Position numbers and translations under genes: made by a program
Notes under the pieces: model-generated
Told to the model about the DNA's origin: nothing
Databases searched by the model: none
The model's input: the letters and a program-made list of their open reading frames with translations, nothing else
Assembly: GCA_027623815.1 (NCBI GenBank)
Contig: JAQBUV010000003.1
Span: 20,830-84,829 of the forward strand
Direction of reading: 5' to 3'
Length of the DNA: 64,000 bases
From: Chloroflexota bacterium
GTDB lineage: Bacteria > Chloroflexota > Dehalococcoidia > Lucifugimonadales > UBA3495
Part shown: positions 20,856-29,075 of the stretch, one piece after another
How positions within the stretch are numbered: the first letter of the stretch is position 1
Layout: every line of letters starts with the position of its first letter

Positions 20856-20900
20856 GCGGCAGTAGCGCCTCAGCTTCTATAGTGTACTGTCTAAATTGTG

Positions 20901-20964
20901 GTTCGACAGGCTCACCACGAGCGGGTGCAAACTTCCAGTCTGCCTATCCTGAGCTCGGCGATGG
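20901..20964. repeat. Copy of a dispersed REP-like intergenic element (core GTTCGACAGGCTCACCACGAGCGG)
   Basis: The core at 20901..20924 is near-identical to the reverse complement of 34264..34288, with 2 mismatches over the shared 24 nt. A degenerate inverted arm lies at 20948..20964. Confidence 0.7.
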
Positions 20965-21141
20965 ATAAAAAGGATAAATCTGTAGAGGTTTTAGACAGAC
21001 TTTGATCAAGTAACGGGCCGTGAGGCGTTGCGGCTTGTTTCGGTCTGCCCCAAATATGGCTCAGCGCACGTCGTATGTAGAAGCGCCGTCCCTGACTGTT
21101 CGGTACTTGTAAATATAGATGGAGACTGTCAAACTGTACCA

Positions 21142-22023
21142 ATGCGTATCGGCGAGTTTGAATTTTCAGAGCCTATTCCTGACCTGAAAGATCCGCACGC
21201 AATTGCGGTGCTAAGGCCGTGGATTGATGTGGGTAATGTCGGTACTTTGGCGCTCGGCCGGTTGGAGCGTCACCTGCAGGCCAAGGAGCTGGGTAGAATT
21301 GCTCAGCCCGGCATGTTCTACGACTTCACACGGTACCGACCCCGCTCATTGTTCAATGAGGGTCGTCGGGAGGTCACAGTCCCCAATACCATCATTCGGT
21401 ATGCTACCCAAGAAGATGGGCGTGACCTTCTGTTCATGCATTTGTTGGAGCCTCACCTTTATGGCGAAGACTTCACCAATACTATGCTGGACGTGCTGAA
21501 GTTCTTGGGAGTCAAACGTTACTCACTGGTCGGCGGGATGTACGATATGGTACCGCACACCAGGCCACTGCTGGTCTCAGGTCTGGGCAGCGGCGGGAAC
21601 GTGGAAGAGGAACGGCAACAGGCACGGGTGCAAACCAGTAATTATGAAGGGCCAACCACTATCACCTATTTGATCACTCAAGAAGCGATACAGCTAGGGA
21701 TGGAAACCAGGACGTTTGTGGTGCACCTTCCTCAATACTTCCAAGTTGAGGATGACCTGACCGGTACTGCCCGGTTGACGGAAATCCTCTGTGATATTTA
21801 CGAATTGCCCGAGCGACTGATTGAGCCTAATCTGGGCAAGGAACAGTACGAAAAACTCCAGGGCATGGTCGACGACACCTCTGGGGTTGGTTCGCTTTTG
21901 GGGCGCTTGGAAGAGCGTTACGACAAAGACCAGCAGGATGAAGGGCCGGAGCTACCTCCGTTGTCGGCCAATATAGAGGAATTCCTGAAAGACTTGGATG
22001 AGGGTTTCAGTCCGACCAATTGA
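21142..22023 (+). CDS. PAC2 (proteasome-assembly-chaperone-2-like) family protein
   Basis: The ORF opens at 21028, but ATG 21142 (MRIGEFEF...) is the likely start. ...AIAVLRPWIDVGNVGTLALGRLERHL... resembles the N-terminal pattern of bacterial PAC2-family proteins. Called from memory of the family only. Confidence 0.55.
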   Translation: MRIGEFEFSEPIPDLKDPHAIAVLRPWIDVGNVGTLALGRLERHLQAKELGRIAQPGMFYDFTRYRPRSLFNEGRREVTVPNTIIRYATQEDGRDLLFMHLLEPHLYGEDFTNTMLDVLKFLGVKRYSLVGGMYDMVPHTRPLLVSGLGSGGNVEEERQQARVQTSNYEGPTTITYLITQEAIQLGMETRTFVVHLPQYFQVEDDLTGTARLTEILCDIYELPERLIEPNLGKEQYEKLQGMVDDTSGVGSLLGRLEERYDKDQQDEGPELPPLSANIEEFLKDLDEGFSPTN

Positions 22024-22150
22024 GGCGGATATTAATTACGGTTATTCATTAGTGACCAACGGTTTTAAGTCTCCCAACAGTTTTTTATGTCGGAAAATAG
22101 TGCATAAATTCCGAATGTGTCCAATAGGAAACGCGCTATTGACAAGCGCA

Positions 22151-22179
22151 TTGACTGACCTTTAGCCTTATGGTAGATT
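22151..22179 (+). promoter_or_regulatory. Putative sigma-70 promoter of infC-rpmI-rplT
   Basis: TTGACT (22151-22156), a 17-nt spacer, then TAGATT (22174-22179), about 48 nt upstream of the proposed infC start. Confidence 0.45.
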
Positions 22180-22226
22180 GAACCATCTTTCCAGGTGGCT
22201 GACGGTCATACGTCGGAGGTAAGAGT

Positions 22227-22793
22227 ATAGCTAGGCAGTACAAGGTTAACGAACAGATCCGGTCTCCTCAGATACGGCTTATTGGTGAAGCCGGCGAGCA
22301 ATTGGGTGTGATGGACACCGACAAGGCCATGCAATTGGCTCGCCAACAAGAAGTAGATCTGGTGGAGGTAGCTCCTAACGCTGACCCTCCAGTGTGCCGG
22401 CTTCTGGACTATGGTAAACTGCGCTATCTTTACGCCAAGAAAGATCGAGAATCCAAGAAAGGCCAGAAAAGCACTGAACTCCGTGAAATCAGGTTTCGTC
22501 CGAATATAGGCATCCATGACCTGGAAGCCAAAATGCGGAAGGTGCGAGAGTTCATTGATGATGGCTCCAAGGTAAAGCTCACTGTTCGTTTCCGCGGTCG
22601 GGAATCAGTCCATCAGCAATTAGGGCTATCGGTGCTGAAAAAGGTGGCCGATGACATGAAGGATGATGTAAGATTGGAGAAGCCTCCTTCAATGGAGGGT
22701 CGATCACTTTATATGATCCTGATTCCCAACGCTCCAACCAAGATTGAGAAAGCTGAAGACAAGATGGAAGATTTAGCAGATGCCAAAGCTTAA
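22227..22793 (+). CDS. infC: Translation initiation factor IF-3, probable non-canonical ATA start
   Basis: The track ORF (TTG 22302) lacks the conserved IF-3 N-terminus. The frame is open from the in-frame TGA at 22200 and reads (ATA)ARQYKVNEQIRSPQIRLIGEAGEQLGVMDT... ATA 22227 lies 7 nt after GGAGG (22215-22219). Confidence 0.85.
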   Translation: MARQYKVNEQIRSPQIRLIGEAGEQLGVMDTDKAMQLARQQEVDLVEVAPNADPPVCRLLDYGKLRYLYAKKDRESKKGQKSTELREIRFRPNIGIHDLEAKMRKVREFIDDGSKVKLTVRFRGRESVHQQLGLSVLKKVADDMKDDVRLEKPPSMEGRSLYMILIPNAPTKIEKAEDKMEDLADAKA

Positions 22794-22977
22794 GACTCAT
22801 AAGGGCGCCAAGGCGCGCCTGCATATAACCGGTACCGGCAAGTTGATGAGACGCAAGCGCATGAGCAGCCACCTGCGTCGGAAGAAGCCCAACAAGGTGA
22901 CCAGGAAGTTTGCCGACAAGTTGCTGGTTGACGCCAAGGATATCAAGAGGTTCAAGCGATTGCTTCCCTACGGTTAG
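22780..22977 (+). CDS. rpmI: 50S ribosomal protein L35
   Basis: MPKLKTHKGAKARLHITGTGKLMRRK.... Overlaps the infC 3' end by 14 nt. Confidence 0.95.
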   Translation: MPKLKTHKGAKARLHITGTGKLMRRKRMSSHLRRKKPNKVTRKFADKLLVDAKDIKRFKRLLPYG

Positions 22978-23006
22978 CCGAGGGATTCTAGTTTCGGAGA
23001 TTTGGT

Positions 23007-23366
23007 TTGCCCAGAGTAAAACGCGGAGTAACAAAACACCGTCGGCATAAGAAAGTGATGTTGGCGGCCAGAGGGTTTCAAGGTTCCTCAAGTAGGAATT
23101 ACAAGTGGGCTAAAGAGGCCCTTTTGCATGCTTGGAGCCATGCCTACCGACATCGTCGGGAGCGCAAGCAAGAATTCCGCCGATTGTGGATCGTGCGTGT
23201 CGGTGCGGCTAGTCGCAGTGCGGGTCTGACATATAGCCAGTTCATGCATGGGTTGAAGCTGGCTGGAGTGGAAGTGGACCGAAAGATGTTGGCGGACTTG
23301 GCAGTACATGATGCTGCGGGGTTTGAAAAGCTGGTGGGAGTAGCCTCAGAGCATTTGAATAATTAG
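23007..23366 (+). CDS. rplT: 50S ribosomal protein L20
   Basis: TTG start. MPRVKRGVTKHRRHKKVMLAARGF.... Confidence 0.95.
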   Translation: MPRVKRGVTKHRRHKKVMLAARGFQGSSSRNYKWAKEALLHAWSHAYRHRRERKQEFRRLWIVRVGAASRSAGLTYSQFMHGLKLAGVEVDRKMLADLAVHDAAGFEKLVGVASEHLNN

Positions 23367-23396
23367 GCTGACTTCAATAATTTGGTAGAATATAAA

Positions 23397-23428
23397 GAGA
23401 GTGCGGTGAGCCGCACTCTCTTTTTCTT
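23397..23428. terminator. Rho-independent terminator (probably bidirectional)
   Basis: GAGAGTGCGG (23397-23406), loop TGAG, CCGCACTCTC (23411-23420), then TTTTTCTT. An A-tract upstream allows function on the opposite strand. It sits between convergent rplT and the 23458 gene. Confidence 0.75.
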
Positions 23429-23457
23429 GCCTTCTGGTGTAGAGACTAACCGGAGTT

Positions 23458-23898
23458 CTAATTCTCGTCTCCCGGTTCATGCTTGTGGTCAAAGCCATAG
23501 AAGGTGTCGCCATCTAGAATGCGCTCCAAGCCCTCTTCGGTGATGTTGATTGGCCGCATAGGAGTTGACCACTTTTCAGTGAGCTCGTAGTGTAAGTCTC
23601 GCAGCGAGGTGGGTTCATTGCGACGCCCCAACAATATGCGAAACACGATCTCTTGCAACGGCATGCTGGAGCGGATGTAGTCCGTTTCCTTTACGCCATA
23701 TTCGGCGATTTCTTCGACTAACTCGGCTGGGTTGTCCAGTTCATGGTCCGGCTTTACGCGCGATGGAGCCGACGGCCCTCGGCGGGAAGCTAGCATATGA
23801 ATGGGCGAGCGCCCCAGTTGGGTCAAGCGTTCAAAGCTTATAAAGTATTGCGGCGAATTGCCATTCTGCGGCGACAAATCCGAGTACGGCATGGTCAT
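23458..23898 (-). CDS. Hypothetical protein, translationally coupled to moeA
   Basis: 146-aa ORF. Its ATG overlaps the moeA TGA (ATGA at 23895-23898). No family recognised. Confidence 0.6.
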   Translation of the reverse strand: MTMPYSDLSPQNGNSPQYFISFERLTQLGRSPIHMLASRRGPSAPSRVKPDHELDNPAELVEEIAEYGVKETDYIRSSMPLQEIVFRILLGRRNEPTSLRDLHYELTEKWSTPMRPINITEEGLERILDGDTFYGFDHKHEPGDEN

Positions 23899-25217
23899 AT
23901 ATCAACCTCTTCATTCCAATCCAACATTATAATTGTAACTTTTTCGCCAGCAGCTTTACTAGTCTCATCTGCCGGGCAGATTGCCAGTCCGTTAGCGCGG
24001 GACATTGACGTCAATATATTTGATCCCTGGGGGCCAGTTGGGTTGGCATAATAAGCGCCGTCCCGATGCTCTACTTCTACGCGGGCATACACCCGCCGAC
24101 CGTCGGTGTTGTAAATGGGGCCGGTGAGCACGCCTTCAACAGCCGGTCTCGCCAAAGCGCCGCGCCCCAACATGGTCGATATGGCCGGCCTGCCGAACAT
24201 TTCAAATGCAACCATCGCGCTGACCGGGTTACCGGGAAGACCAAGCAGAGGGACCGGCTTCTGGCTTGGGTAATTCAGATGACCGAAGGCCAGCGGCTTG
24301 GCCGGTCGCATCCGCACCGACCAGAAATTCATACTGCCTCGCTGGGTAAGAACATCCTTCACGATGTCATAGTCGCCTTTGGAGACCCCAGCGGAGGTAA
24401 CCAACAAGTCCGACCCGGCGACCTGCTCCAGTTTGCGGTGCATGTCTTCCAAGTTGTCGCGGGCAATGCCCAGGATTCGGGGCACACCACCAGCCGCGAT
24501 CACGGCGGCGGCGATGCTGGAACCGTTGGCGTCGTAAATCTTGCCGGGACTCAACGGTTGTCCCGCTGCTTCAAGCTCATCGCCGGTGGACAGAATGGCG
24601 ACTATCGGACGGCGGATCACCGATACGCGACTCAGGCCCAGGGAAGCTAGCACGCCGATTTCAGATGCCCGTATCAGCGTCCCTGCCTTCAGTACCAGTT
24701 GGCCTCGCCGCACATCCTCGCCCGGCGGACGAACGTTGCAGTACATCGGCAGGTCGGATGCGATGTTGATTTCGTCCAGAGTCCGGCCAGCCTGGCGGCG
24801 TTCCACTTCGTCGGTCTCTTCAAAAGGAACCACCGTGTCTGCCCCGTCGGGTATGGGAGCGCCGGTCATAATCCTGATGGCGGTGCCCGCCTGCACGGCT
24901 TGGGACGATACGTGTCCGGCGGCGACGGTGCCAATGACCTTCAGCATTTTAGGGGCATCGCTGGACGCGCCCTTGATGTCTGACTGTATTACAGCGTAGC
25001 CGTCCATGCCCGAATTGGCCAGCGGCGGTAGGTCCAGCGGCGAATTTACGTCTACTGCCAAGACCTGCCCAAGGCAATCAAGAATGGATTTTTCTTCCGG
25101 TTCCAGTGGACTGAAGCTGGCAATGATACGCTCGAAAGCCTCTTCCACGGTAAGCATATCCTCGGCCACATGACTGTGACCGTGGGAGTGGCTATGACTG
25201 TGTTCGTGAGCTTGCAT
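23895..25217 (-). CDS. moeA: Molybdopterin molybdotransferase MoeA (gephyrin E-domain-like) with His/Ser-rich N-terminus
   Basis: ...ANSGMDGYAV..., ...ILSTGDEL..., ...TSAGVSKGDYD.... The ORF opens at TTG 25247, but ATG 25217 is preceded by GGGGAG. The N-terminus reads MQAHEHSHSHSHGHSH. Confidence 0.88.
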   Translation of the reverse strand: MQAHEHSHSHSHGHSHVAEDMLTVEEAFERIIASFSPLEPEEKSILDCLGQVLAVDVNSPLDLPPLANSGMDGYAVIQSDIKGASSDAPKMLKVIGTVAAGHVSSQAVQAGTAIRIMTGAPIPDGADTVVPFEETDEVERRQAGRTLDEINIASDLPMYCNVRPPGEDVRRGQLVLKAGTLIRASEIGVLASLGLSRVSVIRRPIVAILSTGDELEAAGQPLSPGKIYDANGSSIAAAVIAAGGVPRILGIARDNLEDMHRKLEQVAGSDLLVTSAGVSKGDYDIVKDVLTQRGSMNFWSVRMRPAKPLAFGHLNYPSQKPVPLLGLPGNPVSAMVAFEMFGRPAISTMLGRGALARPAVEGVLTGPIYNTDGRRVYARVEVEHRDGAYYANPTGPQGSNILTSMSRANGLAICPADETSKAAGEKVTIIMLDWNEEVDI

Positions 25218-25281
25218 GTTGCTCCCCGGAGCTAAACCTGATGCCAATTTACTATAACCCGCAATTCCGTGGCAAGGGGTA

Positions 25282-27687
25282 TCAACTGCCTCTCAAGGTG
25301 GCCCCTACTTCCCTTTCCAGAGCGCGAAGCAGGCCTTCCAGAGTGCGATTGACTTCCTCGTTGGTAAGTGTACGCTCCTGAGACTGAAAATACACATGCC
25401 AGGCCAGCGACCTGGTTCCAGCCGGAATATTGTCCCCAGTGTAGACGTCGAAAAGCTCAACATTCTCGACCAACCGGTGCCGTCCGAGAATTTCCTGTAC
25501 CTTGCCTGCTGGCAGGTCAGCCGCGACAATCAACGCCAGGTCACGAGTAGCCGCCGGAAAGCGAGACAAGGGACGGAAGCTATCGCGGGAATGCCGGGTT
25601 ACTTTCAGTATCTGCTCTAATTGTAGCTCAAACAGCACCACCGGCAGAGGCTTGAGATCAAGCCGTGCCCGGACTTCCGGGTGGACTTCGCCGATGATAC
25701 CCAATTCAGTATCGCCAGCGATGATCCTGGCGCATCGTCCGGGGTGGCAAGTTGGGTCTTCGGTAGGCTGATAGGACGTGGTGACGCCGAGGCGCTCCAG
25801 CGCAGAGGATAAGATGCCTTTGGCGTCGAAAAAATCTAAATAGCCGTCTTGTTCCAGCCAGGAAGGTTCGGAGCGCAGGCCCGACACTACTCCGGCGGCA
25901 ATTTCCTGCTCCACCGGCAGTTCGTCTTTACGCGGCAAGAAGGCTCGACCCACCTCAAACAGTCGGAAAGGGGCGTCCATGTGTTCCTGATTGTAAAGCA
26001 GGGTTTGCAGCAGGCTGGCCCGCAGGGTGGGGCGCAAATATTCCTGTCCCACGCTCATCGGGTTGGCCACATGCAGAGGCAGGTTTTCCTGGTCTAGTTG
26101 GTTGACCTTTTCCAGGCTTTCCAGACTGACTAAAGGATAACTGATGGTCTCTTGCAGTCCTGCCGCCGCCATGGCTTCCCGAACCCGCCATTTCAGTTCG
26201 GTCATGGGCGACGGATGATGATTGGGTATGGGCGTCGACAGCATGGTGGTGGGAACCTCATCGTAACCAATGATGCGCACCACTTCTTCGATCAGGTCTT
26301 CCTCAATGTTAATGTCATTGCGCCAATAGGGTATGGTGGCATTGAGGCTCCCCGGCTCGGTTGGTTTGGTCTGGATGCCCAGGGATTGCAGCACCTGGGC
26401 GGCCTTCTCAATGTCCAACTCCATGCCTAGAACCTGCTTCAACCGTTTGAGAGATAGCGGTACTGTTGGGTGTGGCGCGTCCCGGCCCTGGTATATATCG
26501 ACGATACCTTGAGCGATTTCACCACCAGAAACCTGCTGGATTAGCTGGGTGGCCCGGCGTAACCCGATGGGAGCCAGTTCCGGGCGCAGGCCCTTCTCGA
26601 ACCGCTGGGTCGCGTCGGTGCGCAGCCGGAAGGTCTCGGCGGTCTGGCGGTTGTTGTAGTTGTCGAAGGTCGCCGACTCCAGCAACACGTTGGTGGTATC
26701 CGGGCCAATCTCGCTGTTGGCCCCGCCGATAACACCGCCGATGCCCACCGGGTCATGGGAGTCGGCGATTACCAGCACATCGGGGTTCAGTATGCGTCCC
26801 GCACCGTCCAGAGTATCCAGAACTTCACCGGGCCTGGCCCGACGCACAATAATGGTGTGGTCGCGCAGTTTGTCCAGATCGAATGCGTGCAGCGGCTGGT
26901 TGAACTCCAGCATCACGTAGTTGGTCACGTCAACCACGTTGTTAATGGGACGCAGCCCGGCCTTGGTCAGGCGGTCTTGCAGCCACTGCGGTGAATCACC
27001 AATTTTGATGCCCTGGATTACGCTGGCGGTATAGCGCGGGCACAGGTCGGGATCAGCAACCGAGACGGTGGCCAGTTCGGCGATGGGGGTGTTCCCCTCC
27101 TGATAGCTGATGTCCGGCTCTCGAACGGTCTTGCCGGTGATGGCGGCGACTTCGTGGGCCACGCCCAAAATCGAGAAACAGTCCAGACGGTTGGCGGTGA
27201 CTTCCAGATCGATCACAGTGTCGCCCAGGTAGCTGTCCAGAGTAACGCCGATGGGCGCGTCATCGGGCAGCACCACGATGCCTTCATGGCCGTCGCCCAG
27301 ACCCAACTCCAACTCGGAGCAGATCATCCCTTCTGAGACCACGCCCCGAATGCGGGCGGGCTTGAGGTTTTCGTGCTTTTCGCTGTGGGTGTTGTACAGG
27401 TAGGCCCCAACCTTGGCGAAGCAGATTTTCTGTCCGGCGGCGACGTTGGGCGCGCCGCAGACCACCTGCATCTGCTCTGATCCGATGTCCACCCGGCACA
27501 GGGACAGCCGGTCGGCGTTGGGGTGCTGCTCGACTGACAGAACGTGCCCGACGTAACAGCCAGTCCAGCCGCCCAACTCGATCACGTCGCCCGCTTCCAC
27601 TCCCGCCATGGTCAGACGGTGGGCCAGTTCCTGGGCTGACATTTCAACGTCAACGTATTCTTTTAGCCAGCTTAAGGGTACCCGCAT
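25282..27687 (-). CDS. pheT: Phenylalanine--tRNA ligase beta subunit
   Basis: 801 aa. MRVPLSWLKEYVDV... with N-terminal tRNA-binding, B3/B4, B5 and C-terminal FDX-ACB-like regions. Confidence 0.95.
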   Translation of the reverse strand: MRVPLSWLKEYVDVEMSAQELAHRLTMAGVEAGDVIELGGWTGCYVGHVLSVEQHPNADRLSLCRVDIGSEQMQVVCGAPNVAAGQKICFAKVGAYLYNTHSEKHENLKPARIRGVVSEGMICSELELGLGDGHEGIVVLPDDAPIGVTLDSYLGDTVIDLEVTANRLDCFSILGVAHEVAAITGKTVREPDISYQEGNTPIAELATVSVADPDLCPRYTASVIQGIKIGDSPQWLQDRLTKAGLRPINNVVDVTNYVMLEFNQPLHAFDLDKLRDHTIIVRRARPGEVLDTLDGAGRILNPDVLVIADSHDPVGIGGVIGGANSEIGPDTTNVLLESATFDNYNNRQTAETFRLRTDATQRFEKGLRPELAPIGLRRATQLIQQVSGGEIAQGIVDIYQGRDAPHPTVPLSLKRLKQVLGMELDIEKAAQVLQSLGIQTKPTEPGSLNATIPYWRNDINIEEDLIEEVVRIIGYDEVPTTMLSTPIPNHHPSPMTELKWRVREAMAAAGLQETISYPLVSLESLEKVNQLDQENLPLHVANPMSVGQEYLRPTLRASLLQTLLYNQEHMDAPFRLFEVGRAFLPRKDELPVEQEIAAGVVSGLRSEPSWLEQDGYLDFFDAKGILSSALERLGVTTSYQPTEDPTCHPGRCARIIAGDTELGIIGEVHPEVRARLDLKPLPVVLFELQLEQILKVTRHSRDSFRPLSRFPAATRDLALIVAADLPAGKVQEILGRHRLVENVELFDVYTGDNIPAGTRSLAWHVYFQSQERTLTNEEVNRTLEGLLRALEREVGATLRGS

Positions 27688-27770
27688 AAATTCTCGACTA
27701 TTTTGCCGCCAGCATCCTTTTACCTTATGAGAAGCGATGCTCTTTTACGGAGATCAACCACACCGTGTTC

Positions 27771-27798
27771 GAAGTTTAGATTTGGAAGTTTAGATTTG
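27771..27798. repeat. Perfect 14-bp tandem duplication (GAAGTTTAGATTTG x2) in the pheS-pheT spacer
   Basis: Copies at 27771..27784 and 27785..27798 are identical on reading. Confidence 0.9.
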
Positions 27799-27828
27799 AG
27801 TGAGATCAGGTGGGCGGAGATGATTGTA

Positions 27829-28932
27829 TCAGAATTGGCGCAAGAATCGGAGGTCATTGGTATAGAAATGCCGGATGTCGTCGATGCCGTACTTGAGCAT
27901 GGCGACGCGCTCCGGCCCGATGCCAAAGGCGAAGCCGGTGTATTTTTCGGTATCGTACCCCACGCTGGCCAGCACTTTGGGGTGCACCATCCCGGCGCCC
28001 ATAATCTCAATCCAGCCGCTGCCCCGACAAATGCGACAACGGTTGTCGCCGCCCTGGCAGGCAAAGCAGTCAATGGACATGTCAACGCCCGGCTCAACAA
28101 AGGGGAAGTAGTCACAGCGGAAACGCACCTTGCGCTCTTCGCCGAACAAACGGCGGGCAAATTCGTACAGTGTGCCCTTCAGGTCGGCGAAGGTGATGCC
28201 TTCGTCAACCGCCAAGCCTTCAATCTGGTAAAAGTGCCACTCGTGGGTCGCGTCGGTGGCTTCGTAGCGGTAGCACTTGCCGGGCACCACCACCCGTATC
28301 GGCGGCTGAGTGTTCTCCATAACCCGCGCCTGCATCGGCGAGGTGTGGGTGCGCAGCAACATGGGCTGCTGGCCCGCCTCGTTGCGGTAGTCAATCCACA
28401 TCGAGTTCCACATATCCCGGGCCGGGTGGCCTTCCGGGATATTCAGCATCTCGAAGTTGTAGTGATCCCACTCGACCTCCGGGCCTTCCACGATACTGAA
28501 ACCCATCGACACAAAGGCGTCGGTGATTTCTTTAACGATCTGGGTAGTGGGGTGGAGTCGGCCAATCGGCGTGGGCCGCCCCAGCATTGTAACGTCGATA
28601 CGGTCGCGCGCGAAGGCCTGGACCTGCTGGGCCTGGTCGATTTCCTGAGTCTTCTGGGCCAGGCGCTCATCCAGCAGGTTTTTGGACTGGTTGCCCAATG
28701 CGCCCAGTTCCCGCCGCTGTTCCAGGTCTAGCTGGGACAAACCCCGCAGGACGTTGGTGAGACTGCCCCGGCGTCCCAGGTAGGAGATGCGCCACTGGTC
28801 CAGGGATTCCAGGTCGTTGATGCGGTCCAGTTCCTGGGTAGCCTGCTGGGTTAGCTGCTCAATGGACTGGGCGGAAGGTTGGGTCAAGCTGAAGCCGCCT
28901 TGGTGTAGATATTTGGGGACAAAAAGTGTCAC
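27829..28932 (-). CDS. pheS: Phenylalanine--tRNA ligase alpha subunit
   Basis: Class II motifs (...FRCDYFPFVEPG..., ...GAGMVHPKVL...). GTG start at 28932. An internal TTG about 16 codons downstream is an alternative start. Confidence 0.93.
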   Translation of the reverse strand: MTLFVPKYLHQGGFSLTQPSAQSIEQLTQQATQELDRINDLESLDQWRISYLGRRGSLTNVLRGLSQLDLEQRRELGALGNQSKNLLDERLAQKTQEIDQAQQVQAFARDRIDVTMLGRPTPIGRLHPTTQIVKEITDAFVSMGFSIVEGPEVEWDHYNFEMLNIPEGHPARDMWNSMWIDYRNEAGQQPMLLRTHTSPMQARVMENTQPPIRVVVPGKCYRYEATDATHEWHFYQIEGLAVDEGITFADLKGTLYEFARRLFGEERKVRFRCDYFPFVEPGVDMSIDCFACQGGDNRCRICRGSGWIEIMGAGMVHPKVLASVGYDTEKYTGFAFGIGPERVAMLKYGIDDIRHFYTNDLRFLRQF

Positions 28933-29075
28933 CTTTCGTCACGCCATTATAGGATTCGGCAAATGGGCGGGTCAAGGTGTGGGTAGCGTGAGTGTATAAT
29001 TTCAGGGGCGTGGTCACCCGAAACGCGAAAATACGTGATAAGTGCCTAGATGCCACGGGCATCGGGCTGGATTGA

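Noticed and set aside
28933-29075. A possible T-box leader upstream of pheS (and likewise upstream of proS, 34089..34306).
   Set aside because: The pheS leader is far too short (a TATAAT box lies ~25 nt from the GTG). The proS upstream region is explained by the REP-like hairpin plus an extended -10 promoter. I could not find a specifier loop or the conserved T-box sequence.
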